A stretch of DNA of 53,089 nucleotides from Klebsiella phage vB_KpnS_SXFY507, in the sequence record ON045001.1; one strand, 5' to 3'. Made by a program: the position numbers and the translations under genes. Within the stretch, counting starts at the first letter, position 1. The number at the start of each line of letters is the position of its first letter. This document shows, one piece after another, positions 1 through 8,782 of the stretch. The notes under the pieces were generated by a model. The model saw only the letters and a list, made by a program, of their open reading frames with translations, had not been told where the DNA came from and ran no database searches.

Positions 1-390
1 CTGCACTTTCATAAACACTGCATTGCGCGTTATCGCATCTTCCACGCATGAAATATCTTGCTCTTCGCGCTCAATCTCGAATTGACCAACGAAACAGATC
101 TCTCGTTTGGTCTTCAGGTCTTGAATGATGAATCGTTGCCCTGATAGGTCAATCACACGGAACGGGATTCCTTCGTGGTATTCGTGATTCCCGGCACCAA
201 GGATTGAATCGGCGTTACAGTCCTGAAGGCTCGGAACATGGTAGAATCGGCAAATCGCACGCTCTACCGCATCACGCAGAAGCCGACCATGACACTTAGC
301 GGCGGCAACCCCGCGCTTTCTAATCTGCTCTTCGGATAGGTCGCCCTTAACGTAAGTGTACCCGCCAGCAATATTGAAAGATTGTTTCAT
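1..390 (-). CDS. hypothetical protein, open through the left edge (begins MKQSFNIAGGYTYVKGDLSEEQIRKRG)
   Basis: ATG at 390 on the - strand; in-frame triplets from 390 to 1 contain no stop; in frame with the ORF ending at 53089 if the map is circular. Confidence 0.65.
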   Translation of the reverse strand, partial: MKQSFNIAGGYTYVKGDLSEEQIRKRGVAAAKCHGRLLRDAVERAICRFYHVPSLQDCNADSILGAGNHEYHEGIPFRVIDLSGQRFIIQDLKTKREICFVGQFEIEREEQDISCVEDAITRNAVFMKVQ

Positions 391-611
391 AATTTAACCT
401 CGTTGTATTCCATAAATTCCAGGACGTAGATACACTCCCTGGGATGCTCTAAACCTTTGAGAACCTCGCAACCATCGTTGAACAGGTTGCAAAATCTACA
501 TTCGAAACCGCCGACATTCAGGCCGACGATGTTCAAGCCGTTACACTTCCCTCCGCCCCAACGGTGAGGGAAGTCATAAGCCATGCAGTCGCAAGTAACC
601 TGTTTACGCAT
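387..611 (-). CDS. hypothetical Cys-rich small protein
   Basis: 74-aa ORF with CxC and CxxC-like cysteines, overlapping its - strand neighbour by 4 nt. Confidence 0.6.
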   Translation of the reverse strand: MRKQVTCDCMAYDFPHRWGGGKCNGLNIVGLNVGGFECRFCNLFNDGCEVLKGLEHPRECIYVLEFMEYNEVKL

Positions 612-615
612 GGCT

Positions 616-891
616 CTACCCCGCGATCCGCTTTCCAGTGCTTCCCATGAAGCGATTTAATTTTCCCCTGGATTCGATAGCGCGCTCTCTTGAACGGAAC
701 CGCTCCAGGTAGTAAGTATCAACCCCCATTACCAGCGTTTCATCAGCGCTTGACGTCCCAACCAGCCAAAGGCTATACGTCTGCTTGTCCATTCCGTAAT
801 TCTTATCATGAACCATGCGAACCGCTACCGGACTGAAGCCATGCTTATCAATGAAGGCTTCCACGCGATTCAATAACTCTTGCCTTGTCAT
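616..891 (-). CDS. hypothetical small protein (start refined from 921 to 891: MTRQELLNRVEAF...)
   Basis: ORF 616..921; the candidate -10 (924-929) would place the start site beyond ATG 921, while ATG 891 has an upstream GGAG. Confidence 0.6.
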   Translation of the reverse strand: MTRQELLNRVEAFIDKHGFSPVAVRMVHDKNYGMDKQTYSLWLVGTSSADETLVMGVDTYYLERFRSRERAIESRGKLNRFMGSTGKRIAG

Positions 892-951
892 TTGCTCAAT
901 CTCCGTGATTGGTTGATGCACTCACTATAACTCGATCCGATCGGTAATGTG

Positions 952-966
952 TTGCAAAAGTGCTAT
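952..966 (-). promoter_or_regulatory. degenerate early-promoter box (ATAGCACTTTTGCAAC) with TATAGT at 924-929
   Basis: 22 bp between TTGCAA and TATAGT on the - strand, the same spacing as the other boxes. Confidence 0.5.
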
Positions 967-1443
967 TCCAGTAGTTGCGCGTTATTCCACCAGTTCAGGA
1001 ATAATTGGAATAGTCTCGCATGGTCATTTTGACAATAGTCATTTTGACTATTTGCGATGATGGCAATAATCGCCTCTCATTGTTGCTTATCATGCATCAA
1101 ACGTGAGGGGGAATGGATGGTGATTCGGTGGTCACCTGGTGGGTTTTCCAATCTTCGCCGGGATTGTGGTTGCCTGTTCATCGTGGTTCATCGTGGTTCA
1201 TTCGTTGTTCATCCTTCAATCTTACTCGCGTTTAGACATCTAGCCGTCCAACTATGATCATAAAAACCCTTATATATCAGTAATATAATATATATAATGC
1301 TCTCTCTATTATTATTATAGTAATTGTTCTACCTATATAGACCCCCCCTTTGTGATGATGTGAGTGTAAAAAGGAATGGTTGTTGCGCTCGCTATATGTA
1401 TATATAGAGAGGTAAAAACGGCATGAACAGCTTACCAAAATCG

Positions 1444-1472
1444 TTGACGCTAAGCGCGGCAAGGGTTATAGT
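1444..1472 (+). promoter_or_regulatory. sigma70-like promoter TTGACG-N17-TATAGT
   Basis: -35/-10 match with 17-bp spacing upstream of the first long rightward ORF. Confidence 0.6.
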
Positions 1473-1517
1473 GGGTTAGCACTAGCATGAACATCAAATG
1501 AACAGGCGGGAACAAGC

Positions 1518-2036
1518 ATGAACAAGAAGACATTCGAAGAACTGAAGGCCGAATTCCTGGCTATCGGGAGCATTTCCGATGAGGTGGCGAGCAATCTTGC
1601 GCGCGATGAGTTGACCCGCCTGAATGGCGAGACGGTCAAGCACGATTTCCAGGTCGATGAGATAGCCGAGCGACCAACCATCCGCCAGATCCTGGAGCCT
1701 GCATTTATTGAGGGCGGGTACAATGCCCGCTATGATGCAATCCAGATCCTGGATGAGCACGATATATTCCTGACGCCGCAAAACGTTAAGTCAGCGCTGC
1801 GCAAGCACATCACTCCAGGGCATCGCCTATCCGTCAAGGCCGGGGAGCGCTTCTTTGATGTTTGCCTGGTCGAGGATGCGAAGGGAGCCAGGAAGGCCAG
1901 CGCGCCGGATATCATCAAGGCCGAGCGCGAGAGAATGTGCGCCGTCATCGATGCAATTTACAAGGATGCACCGCCAGGCGATCGAGCTATAGCGATGGCG
2001 CTCAAAATGCTAATCAACAATAAGGGGGAGAAATAG
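1518..2036 (+). CDS. hypothetical early protein (172 aa)
   Basis: long ORF with plausible composition downstream of a promoter-like sequence. Confidence 0.65.
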   Translation: MNKKTFEELKAEFLAIGSISDEVASNLARDELTRLNGETVKHDFQVDEIAERPTIRQILEPAFIEGGYNARYDAIQILDEHDIFLTPQNVKSALRKHITPGHRLSVKAGERFFDVCLVEDAKGARKASAPDIIKAERERMCAVIDAIYKDAPPGDRAIAMALKMLINNKGEK

Positions 2037-2076
2037 CACGAATTGCTAAACCTCCCTGACTGGCTTTTGGTAATAT
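2034..2076 (+). promoter_or_regulatory. early promoter module: TAGCA-CGAAT-TGCTA, 22 bp, TAATAT
   Basis: conserved box and spacing; the TAG is also the stop codon of ORF 1518..2036. Confidence 0.7.
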
Positions 2077-2113
2077 GTATTCATCGAAACGAAGCAGGCA
2101 AAAGGAAAACATC

Positions 2114-2395
2114 ATGAAACTGAAGCGCGAAGCAATCAAGTTAGGCAACGAGTACAACGGCAAGTGGAATTTCGTTATCATGGATAACAACGCTGAAGCA
2201 ATCGAAGCCGTAGAAGAGGCGCTCTGTGAAATGAACACTGGTTTCTCTATCGGCGGCGAAGAGAAAACCTGGGGCGACTACTGTGACCAATGCCCTTGCT
2301 ACGAAGACGGCTACGGCTCCGGTTTCTGGATTGAAGTAGAAGATGTTCCGGCCTTCAAAGAAGCATACAAAGCAGCCAAGAAAGCAGCAAAATAA
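2114..2395 (+). CDS. hypothetical protein (MKLKREAIKLGNEYNG...)
   Basis: ORF 2075..2395 with the start moved to 2114, downstream of the promoter module. Confidence 0.65.
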   Translation: MKLKREAIKLGNEYNGKWNFVIMDNNAEAIEAVEEALCEMNTGFSIGGEEKTWGDYCDQCPCYEDGYGSGFWIEVEDVPAFKEAYKAAKKAAK

Positions 2396-2432
2396 CCAAC
2401 GGGCCGAAAGGCCCAATCAGGGAGAATGCACA

Positions 2433-2699
2433 ATGACCACTTTCCGCAACCAGGTACTCGCAGCAAAGGCGCAATCACCAGACAAACAGATCCGCTATCT
2501 GGCATTCGTCACCGATAACCCAACGAAGGCATTCACCGGGAACCGCTACGAGAACAAGGCCGCATTTCTGGCATGGATTGCAGACCGCAAGGCGGAGTAC
2601 GCAGCAGCTTACCCTGGCTGGCTCCTGGGCGGCGTATCGATCGCCAGTCAAGAGCACTTCACCGATTTCATCCTTCGCGGAGGTTGGCGCAATGATTAA
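2433..2699 (+). CDS. hypothetical protein (MTTFRNQVLAAKAQ...)
   Basis: ORF 2343..2699, internal ATG with GGGAG upstream. Confidence 0.6.
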   Translation: MTTFRNQVLAAKAQSPDKQIRYLAFVTDNPTKAFTGNRYENKAAFLAWIADRKAEYAAAYPGWLLGGVSIASQEHFTDFILRGGWRND

Positions 2700-3006
2700 G
2701 GGCTTCATTTCCAAGTCTATCAACATGCCGGGCGAGGTTGTGGAGCGGCCCGTACTGGTCACGCCTTGCGCAACGTATATCTGGTACAAGGGAGCGTGGC
2801 GCATGAGGCCAGATCCCGATGGCGGCTTGAGCAGTGGCGACATATACAACTTGTACCGCAGAGAGCGAGCGATGTTCTATACGGCCTATCATGCCACAAC
2901 ATCGAAGCCGCTCATTCACGCGCGGTTAGGCATCGACCCGATTCATTACGCAAGGCATAAGCTAGACCCTGGCTATTACGAACGCGCCAGAAGCTGGCAC
3001 AAATAG
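2692..3006 (+). CDS. hypothetical protein (MIKGFISKSINMPGEV...)
   Basis: ORF 2578..3006 with translationally coupled start and GGAGG upstream. Confidence 0.6.
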   Translation: MIKGFISKSINMPGEVVERPVLVTPCATYIWYKGAWRMRPDPDGGLSSGDIYNLYRRERAMFYTAYHATTSKPLIHARLGIDPIHYARHKLDPGYYERARSWHK

Positions 3007-3046
3007 CACTTTTTGTTAAACATGCCTCGGCGACATGGGGCATAAT
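3004..3046 (+). promoter_or_regulatory. early promoter module: TAGCA-CTTTT-TGTTA, 22 bp, CATAAT
   Basis: conserved box and spacing; TAG is the stop of the upstream gene. Confidence 0.7.
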
Positions 3047-3076
3047 ACATGCATCAACTAATCAGGAGTCAAGCTA

Positions 3077-3289
3077 ATGAAACTACGTTGCATAACATCC
3101 GAATCAATCAACTACGCGCCAGGGTTCGAGTATAGCGCCGAGCTGGGCGGAACCGTTCGCACGCCGCATGGCTCTATCGGTTGTGACGTGGTTCACGGCT
3201 CGCATACCTGGTTTTTCTTCAACAAGTCAACCCTGGCAGCGGAGCGCCGAAGCGGTCACGTTGTCGCAACATTCGAGGTAATATCATGA
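3077..3289 (+). CDS. small protein, member of the KxKC...FxxGxxY-like family
   Basis: ORF; MKLRCITSESINYAPGFEYSAELG resembles the products at 5092 and 5325. Confidence 0.65.
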   Translation: MKLRCITSESINYAPGFEYSAELGGTVRTPHGSIGCDVVHGSHTWFFFNKSTLAAERRSGHVVATFEVIS

Positions 3290-3606
3290 TCACCACTAAA
3301 AACCCACTTCCCGGCAACCTGTACCTTGTTGCGCACACTGGCGGGATTCGTAACGTCCTGCTTTACATCCACCAGGACGGCTCTTGCTCAAGCGCATGGG
3401 CCAGCAGCGACGGCAAGCGCCTGTACCGATTCCGGGCATTCGAGAATCCAGGGGCGGAAGGTAGCGACGACTGGCTTTACGATATCCGCATGGGCGGGAC
3501 AACGTTCAAGGCCGTGTTTGTTGGTCGCCCACGCAAGCAACCGCACCGCATTACCAACGCGGAGATTTTCGACCTGTACACCAAATTCAACGCAACTCAC
3601 GGGTGA
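3286..3606 (+). CDS. hypothetical protein
   Basis: 106-aa ORF coupled to the upstream gene by ATGA. Confidence 0.6.
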   Translation: MITTKNPLPGNLYLVAHTGGIRNVLLYIHQDGSCSSAWASSDGKRLYRFRAFENPGAEGSDDWLYDIRMGGTTFKAVFVGRPRKQPHRITNAEIFDLYTKFNATHG

Positions 3607-3610
3607 TAAA

Positions 3611-3949
3611 ATGAAACCAATTATCAGCGGGTTCGATCGTAACTGGATGGTAGGCCCGTGCGGGGAGCAGCCTGTACTTTGCCGCCTGGTGTGGGTTCCG
3701 CACAAAAGCGAGCACGGATCGCGACACGACATTATGCGATCATGGGCGGCGCGCAATCGCCTGTTTGTTATGGTGGTGCCAGGTATGGGCGAGCATGGCA
3801 ATAACTACGGACTCGGGGCAATGCGCCAGGTTTACTATCAGTATGGCATAGGCTTTTTCCTCCAGGCCAATAGCAGGGCCAGAAAAGAGGTGATCTCTCT
3901 CGACAAGATCATGCAATCGGCTTACCTCTTCACTAACGGGATGCACTAA
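3611..3949 (+). CDS. hypothetical protein (MKPIISGFDRNWMVG...)
   Basis: ORF 3326..3949 with the start trimmed to avoid overlap with 3286..3606. Confidence 0.55.
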   Translation: MKPIISGFDRNWMVGPCGEQPVLCRLVWVPHKSEHGSRHDIMRSWAARNRLFVMVVPGMGEHGNNYGLGAMRQVYYQYGIGFFLQANSRARKEVISLDKIMQSAYLFTNGMH

Positions 3950-3951
3950 TA

Positions 3952-4140
3952 ATGATTGACAACATTGCTTACTTTATGCTTCTTATTTCCGTCCTGATTA
4001 TGGTCAGCGCCTACAGCAAGCAGGCGCGCGAGCTTGACAAGGCCAGGCGAGAGCTATTCGAGGTTAAGCGCCAAAAGGCCGCTTATGAGTCTCGAATTAT
4101 AGCCATGAATAAGCGCTTCAGTAGATTATTCAGAGAATAG
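3952..4140 (+). CDS. small membrane-anchored protein
   Basis: N-terminal hydrophobic helix (IAYFMLLISVLIMVSAY) followed by a charged helix. Confidence 0.6.
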   Translation: MIDNIAYFMLLISVLIMVSAYSKQARELDKARRELFEVKRQKAAYESRIIAMNKRFSRLFRE

Positions 4141-4180
4141 CACAAATTGCTAAACGTGCGCCACGCAGACGCGCTATAGT
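4138..4180 (+). promoter_or_regulatory. early promoter module: TAGCA-CAAAT-TGCTA, 22 bp, TATAGT
   Basis: conserved box and spacing; TAG is the upstream stop. Confidence 0.75.
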
Positions 4181-4275
4181 ATACCCACACAAGCAAACGG
4201 GCGGCTCGAAATTGAGTCGCTCACAATTGGATTTAGGCGCATCACAACAGATGCAAAAACGTTAAATTTTCGGAG

Positions 4276-4605
4276 ATGACCATGAAACTTAAAACCCTGT
4301 TAGCCGCCGTCAACGTCAACCCGCTCAACCGCAACCGCTTTGGCATGATTCGCGCCGTGCATTTCACCGTTGAAGAGCTTAAGGCGAATCGCTATACCCA
4401 TCTTGCCGTTGAAATGGATGGAACAATCTTCGCATGGAGCGGAAAAGATCGCCCGCTGGCTATGCGTCGCGGCGATAAATCGCTTGATGGTTGGTTTAGC
4501 AACCTGAATATCAATAACGGAATCCGCGATTGCAACCTCGGCGAAATGGTCGGCTCCTTGGGCTATGCCCCGGTTAACTGGCATCGCATGGTTTGGGCGC
4601 TATAG
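4276..4605 (+). CDS. hypothetical protein
   Basis: 109-aa ORF downstream of a promoter module, with GGAG upstream. Confidence 0.65.
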   Translation: MTMKLKTLLAAVNVNPLNRNRFGMIRAVHFTVEELKANRYTHLAVEMDGTIFAWSGKDRPLAMRRGDKSLDGWFSNLNINNGIRDCNLGEMVGSLGYAPVNWHRMVWAL

Positions 4606-4645
4606 CACGAATTGCTAAAAAACGATCGGGGTAAGCTGTTATAGT
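4603..4645 (+). promoter_or_regulatory. early promoter module: TAGCA-CGAAT-TGCTA, 22 bp, TATAGT
   Basis: conserved box and spacing; flanking dyad GGGGTAA/TTACCCC. Confidence 0.75.
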
Positions 4646-4675
4646 TACCCCACAACAAAAAACGAGGAAGAAGAA

Positions 4676-5095
4676 ATGACTAAGCAAGAATTCGGGCAGG
4701 TTGAAGTTATAGTGATCACCAGCGTCCCGGTTGAATATAGCGACACTTTCTCTTGCGCAATTGGCAAGCCGATTACAGCCAAGAAAACGGGTTACGGTGG
4801 CTGGCACGTCCTGGTTGCTCATGACGTAGCAACTAACCCTAATTCGATCTGGTCTAATAGCGAGGATGTTACACTATTTCTTAGCTCGGAGTTCGCAAGA
4901 CCAGCAACGCAGCAGGAAGTAAAGGAAATGCTAGCTCCGCTGACTGGTGGCATTGCTAAAACAATCGGCGACTCAATGAAGGCGTATATCCGCGCCACAT
5001 CCCGCGATAACCCATTCCGATACTGGAACCGCATCAAGGGGAATCGCAAGCTGGGGTTGCCGGAAGTTTACGCCATGCAGGAGTTACGCGCATGA
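4676..5095 (+). CDS. hypothetical protein
   Basis: 139-aa ORF downstream of a promoter module, with GAGG upstream. Confidence 0.65.
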   Translation: MTKQEFGQVEVIVITSVPVEYSDTFSCAIGKPITAKKTGYGGWHVLVAHDVATNPNSIWSNSEDVTLFLSSEFARPATQQEVKEMLAPLTGGIAKTIGDSMKAYIRATSRDNPFRYWNRIKGNRKLGLPEVYAMQELRA

Positions 5096-5328
5096 AAATG
5101 AAATGTATTGCGACCGGGAAGCATTGCTTTTTTACCATCGGCAAGACCTACGGCGCGGAGCATGGCGGGTATGATGACTCAATCCGCCGCCAGTGGGTTC
5201 ACGTATGCCAAGATGACATGGTGTCGGATCTAGAAGGTGTAGATCGTTGGGTTGCCGTACCGATGCGCGGGCATAAGAACCGATTCAAGATCCCTGGCAA
5301 TAACACAATCCTGGAGATTGTCGAGTGA
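5092..5328 (+). CDS. small protein, KxKC...FxxGKxY family
   Basis: MKMKCIATGKHCFFTIGKTYGAEHG resembles several other small ORFs in the window. Confidence 0.65.
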   Translation: MKMKCIATGKHCFFTIGKTYGAEHGGYDDSIRRQWVHVCQDDMVSDLEGVDRWVAVPMRGHKNRFKIPGNNTILEIVE

Positions 5329-5558
5329 AAATAAAATGTTTGCGCGTGGGCGGATTGCTTGCGCCTTACTTCTCGCCTGGTGTAGAATACCGGGCGTCAC
5401 TCGGAGATGATGACATAGTTCATTGTCGCGAGGATGACAAAAACACGGTAGCGGATGATTGCATCCCTTGGTCATTCTGGCGTATGCCTAACGGAATAAT
5501 CAGCGCCTACCAAAATGAAAATCATACACTTTTTGAGGTAGTAGATCATGACAACTAA
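5325..5558 (+). CDS. small protein, KxKC...FxxGxxY family
   Basis: MKIKCLRVGGLLAPYFSPGVEYRASLG; coupled to the upstream gene. Confidence 0.65.
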   Translation: MKIKCLRVGGLLAPYFSPGVEYRASLGDDDIVHCREDDKNTVADDCIPWSFWRMPNGIISAYQNENHTLFEVVDHDN

Positions 5559-5835
5559 AATTGGCTTTCAGTGCATCGCAATCCATGACCAATCACGCGC
5601 GGAGGGCTTCTTTACCGCCAACGCAATTTACCCACTATCAAAGCGAATCGAAGATGATTACCAGATCATCATTGCCGATAACGGGCGCGGCTTCGCACTA
5701 ACTCCCGGAAATGGTCGTTGGGTTAACGCTGGTGAGCCTTTTATTGAATTCCGCCAGGTTGACATTGCGGTTGAAGATGAGTCGCTTATGACAGCGCCGG
5801 ATTACGTCCCTGAAGAGGAATCAAACGATGAATAA
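5548..5835 (+). CDS. small protein, possibly a divergent member of the same family
   Basis: 95-aa ORF starting MTTKIGFQCIAIHDQSRAEGFFTANAIYPL. Confidence 0.55.
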   Translation: MTTKIGFQCIAIHDQSRAEGFFTANAIYPLSKRIEDDYQIIIADNGRGFALTPGNGRWVNAGEPFIEFRQVDIAVEDESLMTAPDYVPEEESNDE

Positions 5836-6070
5836 ATTATTCGAATCAGTCCGCAAGCAGTGGAATAAAGTATTCCGCCGTTATGATATCGTTGCAGAGC
5901 AAAAACGGCTGGGTGGCACTAAGTGGACGCGGCAACATATTTACCAGCGCGGCGCGTTTGGAAAGTGCGCATACATGGGCTACCGCTTGAACGTGGTCGA
6001 TGCAATCCAGGTTATCGCGGAGCACTCAGGCGGCGATTGTTACATCAACATTGTAAAGGCGAAGAAATGA
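5828..6070 (+). CDS. hypothetical basic small protein
   Basis: 80-aa ORF overlapping its neighbours by a few nt. Confidence 0.55.
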   Translation: MNKLFESVRKQWNKVFRRYDIVAEQKRLGGTKWTRQHIYQRGAFGKCAYMGYRLNVVDAIQVIAEHSGGDCYINIVKAKK

Positions 6071-6306
6071 CCACTCACAGCAATAAGGCTTTTGATTCGT
6101 ACTGGCTATCGGTTGCCGCAATCCTGGCGCTGCTGTTCGTCATCACTCTGACGCTAAGCAAGCCACCAGTTAAGCCGATCCCGGCCTGCTATGACACTGG
6201 CGAGGTTCAGGTTGTATCGGTGCATAATAGCGGTATTCAATCAACGATTGAGTATCAGTATGAAGTGCAGTGTAACAACGGCGAATCATACTGGCGCAGC
6301 AAATAG
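6067..6306 (+). CDS. small inner-membrane protein with one TM helix
   Basis: start trimmed to the ATGA overlap; hydrophobic segment WLSVAAILALLFVITLTL. Confidence 0.6.
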   Translation: MTTHSNKAFDSYWLSVAAILALLFVITLTLSKPPVKPIPACYDTGEVQVVSVHNSGIQSTIEYQYEVQCNNGESYWRSK

Positions 6307-6347
6307 CACTTTTTGCTAAAGACTTTCCGCAAGGCCATTGGTATAGT
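6304..6347 (+). promoter_or_regulatory. early promoter module: TAGCA-CTTTT-TGCTA, 23 bp, TATAGT
   Basis: box contains the upstream stop; dyad AAGGCCA/TGGCCTT. Confidence 0.75.
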
Positions 6348-6385
6348 GGCCTTATTGAAAGCAACCAACAATAGAGGAAATGGTT

Positions 6386-6565
6386 ATGTCATTCAAAGTA
6401 TACAGCAAGACCGAAGAGGCCAAAAAGCCAACCATGCGCATGTTTGATGACGCGGAGCAGGCGCAAGCCCACGCAGCAAACGAGATCGCCGAAGGTAAGC
6501 ATGTTGTCGTTACCAGCGTGCGCGAAGTGATTATTTTTGATAACGCTAGCCAAGGGGCCGAATAA
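6386..6565 (+). CDS. hypothetical small protein
   Basis: ORF 6380..6565; GAGGA spacing favours ATG 6386. Confidence 0.6.
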   Translation: MSFKVYSKTEEAKKPTMRMFDDAEQAQAHAANEIAEGKHVVVTSVREVIIFDNASQGAE

Positions 6566-7053
6566 TGAAAACTGTAAAACTCATGATCGTTAACGCTCAC
6601 GATGAGCACAATAAGCACCGCATTGGTCAGATCTTCGACGCTCAAGTTATCGGTCGCGGTCGGGAAAAGTTCAAGATTATCCCTCGCGACGGTTTCCCGG
6701 CCTACGGTATCAACCCGGTAAGCGATGACGAAGATTTAACGATCCGTGTCGGCTTCGGCCCTGATGATGCAATTTTCCACTTGCGCAAGGTATCCAAGGC
6801 ATCACCGCGCAAGCTTCTGGTTCGGGCGCTGAAAGTGATCGCCAAAGAGCGCGGGTATACTAACGCATACGTTCGCCGCTTCGGTGAGTCTGCCAACATT
6901 GGCGATTGGGCGCGCAAATGGGCGGATTGGTACATCGATTCACGCGGAGAGTTCAATAGCTGTAATACGGACTGGCTACACGGAACCGAACACGATCCCG
7001 TTAACGGCCACGAATGGCGGGAATTCATTCAAGCCGAATTTGACGCTTACTAA
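6565..7053 (+). CDS. hypothetical protein (162 aa)
   Basis: ORF in the early operon. Confidence 0.65.
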   Translation: MKTVKLMIVNAHDEHNKHRIGQIFDAQVIGRGREKFKIIPRDGFPAYGINPVSDDEDLTIRVGFGPDDAIFHLRKVSKASPRKLLVRALKVIAKERGYTNAYVRRFGESANIGDWARKWADWYIDSRGEFNSCNTDWLHGTEHDPVNGHEWREFIQAEFDAY

Positions 7054-7096
7054 TAGCACTTTTTGTTAAAACATCCTTCCGGGCCTGCTGTATAGT
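7054..7096 (+). promoter_or_regulatory. early promoter module: TAGCA-CTTTT-TGTTA, 22 bp, TATAGT
   Basis: box immediately after the TAA stop; dyad GGGCCT/AGGCCC. Confidence 0.75.
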
Positions 7097-7126
7097 AGGC
7101 CCACACAAACAAACGAGGAATCAATC

Positions 7127-7795
7127 ATGAATCGATCTTACCACTTCCCTTTCGTCGTCCACTCTCAAGGCGTTGGAACCTTTACTTACCTGAATTCGAC
7201 GGATGAATGTTTCCGAATTGAAGTTAATGGCAATCGCCTTGAGTTCATTCAACCGCTCTCTTACTTCCTTGAGCGAAATGCGCGACAAAATCCAAACAAC
7301 GAGCCGGATAAGGATTATTACATCTCTTCCGGCCTGGGTGAAAATCCTGTTATCGACTACGCAGAAGAGACGGCGAGAAACATGTTTGGGCGTAATGAGT
7401 CTCGCGGAATTGTTAACTTCGGATTACATGGCGGAGGTCTTGTCGATGGCCTGAAAATCAAGTCACCTTCAGAAGTGGCGGCGCTGGTTAATGTCAAGAC
7501 AATTGGCATTGAAGATGCCTTTATCCAAAATGGCGAAATCAAATCAGCCAAACTATCGGGTCGCGCCGGGTTTGTAATCGCATCTGATAACTTCGCGACG
7601 TTTTCCGCCCCGACCAAAGAGCAGGCGCTAAGAAAAGAGGTCGATCGCCTGACTGGTGAACTTACTGCGGCTCACGCCACGATCCAGAAAGTACGCGAAG
7701 CGCTCCGTACGCAAGAAGGTGAAGACGTACAAGCGCACGCAAAAGTATTACGTCAAATGGCTGATGCGCTAGTTAAATTATGGCATGGTGAATAG
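7127..7795 (+). CDS. hypothetical protein (222 aa)
   Basis: long ORF downstream of a promoter module. Confidence 0.7.
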   Translation: MNRSYHFPFVVHSQGVGTFTYLNSTDECFRIEVNGNRLEFIQPLSYFLERNARQNPNNEPDKDYYISSGLGENPVIDYAEETARNMFGRNESRGIVNFGLHGGGLVDGLKIKSPSEVAALVNVKTIGIEDAFIQNGEIKSAKLSGRAGFVIASDNFATFSAPTKEQALRKEVDRLTGELTAAHATIQKVREALRTQEGEDVQAHAKVLRQMADALVKLWHGE

Positions 7796-7835
7796 CACTT
7801 TTTGCTAAACCTTCCGCAAGGGCATTTGATATAGT
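7793..7835 (+). promoter_or_regulatory. early promoter module: TAGCA-CTTTT-TGCTA, 22 bp, TATAGT
   Basis: box contains the upstream stop; dyad AAGGGCA/TGCCCTT. Confidence 0.75.
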
Positions 7836-7871
7836 GCCCTTATTGAAGCAACCCAATCAGGAGCTAAACAA

Positions 7872-8144
7872 ATGGCAATCGCATATCCGACCATCAATAA
7901 ATCATTTCTTGGCCTGGCTGTAATTGAGATCGTTAACCCAAACGTTAGCCACTCACCAGATGAGCCAACGATCGCGGAGTGGGCCGGGTTCAAGGTTGGC
8001 GACCGTTTAACGGTTGAGTGCTATAGCGATGGCAGCAAGTGGGCGCAAGTGGGCCGCGACTACCACACCAAAGAGCATGGCCAGGTTCTTAAAACAGACT
8101 GGTTCGAACTTAACGAAGAAGAATACAAGGTGATCGAAGAATGA
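7872..8144 (+). CDS. hypothetical small protein, possibly a divergent family member (FKVGDRLTVE)
   Basis: 90-aa ORF downstream of a promoter module. Confidence 0.6.
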   Translation: MAIAYPTINKSFLGLAVIEIVNPNVSHSPDEPTIAEWAGFKVGDRLTVECYSDGSKWAQVGRDYHTKEHGQVLKTDWFELNEEEYKVIEE

Positions 8145-8713
8145 AAATCTGGGTTTTGACTTACACGATCGGGACTAACGAGGGGCGCAAGCAGCGCCGC
8201 CTTACCTGTGACACCAAAGAGCAAGCGGAGATGCAGCAATCCGTTTTGGGCGGCGAGGTTCGGGAGTACATCGAATCGCCGCAATCCTTCAAGGTTGTTT
8301 GGCCTGAAAAGATTGATGTTGATGGTGTATTAGAAAGAATGCGCAAGATTCACAATGACCCGAAATCGTGGCGCGACCTGTATTGCGTACAGGCTGATGA
8401 GCCGGAAGTAAAAGCAGACCCTTTCCATTACGTTCGAAATCAGCACGCGGAATGGTCAGATCGCCAGTTTGGTGACGTTGGGCCGATTGGGCCACTTAAA
8501 CACCTATCTAAGGAAGCGATCGAGGCCGCAGAAGCGCCGGATGACATTAGCGAGTTTGCTGATATCATCATGTTAGTTTGGGATGCTACTCGCCGCGCCG
8601 GATTCGGTGATGAGCAGTTAGCCGATGCGGTGGCGGAAAAGCTGGAGCGCAACAAGCGACGCTCTTGGGGAATCGTTAAAGATGGCGAGCCTTGCCACCA
8701 CTTAAAAAAATAA
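8141..8713 (+). CDS. DUF550 / dATP-dGTP diphosphohydrolase-like (MazG superfamily) protein
   Basis: C-terminal signature WSDRQFGDVGPIGPLKHLSKEAIEAAEAPDDISEFADIIMLVWDATRRAGF...NKRRSWGIVKDGEPCHHLK. Confidence 0.75.
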   Translation: MKIWVLTYTIGTNEGRKQRRLTCDTKEQAEMQQSVLGGEVREYIESPQSFKVVWPEKIDVDGVLERMRKIHNDPKSWRDLYCVQADEPEVKADPFHYVRNQHAEWSDRQFGDVGPIGPLKHLSKEAIEAAEAPDDISEFADIIMLVWDATRRAGFGDEQLADAVAEKLERNKRRSWGIVKDGEPCHHLKK

Positions 8714-8782
8714 CGAAATCGTATAGCATTTGACGGGCCTGTATGGCATCATGCAGACCTCAAATAAAAGAGGTTAAATCGT

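Noticed and set aside
1057-1781. Short ORFs such as 1057..1257, 1277..1462, 1466..1723 and 1494..1781
   Set aside because: Low-complexity translations or ORFs antisense to the better-supported 1518..2036 gene.
8724-8752. TAGCATTTGACGGGCCTGTATGGCATCAT as another early promoter module
   Set aside because: Only one half-site matches and there is no -10 at 21-23 bp. It may be a decayed copy but was not counted.
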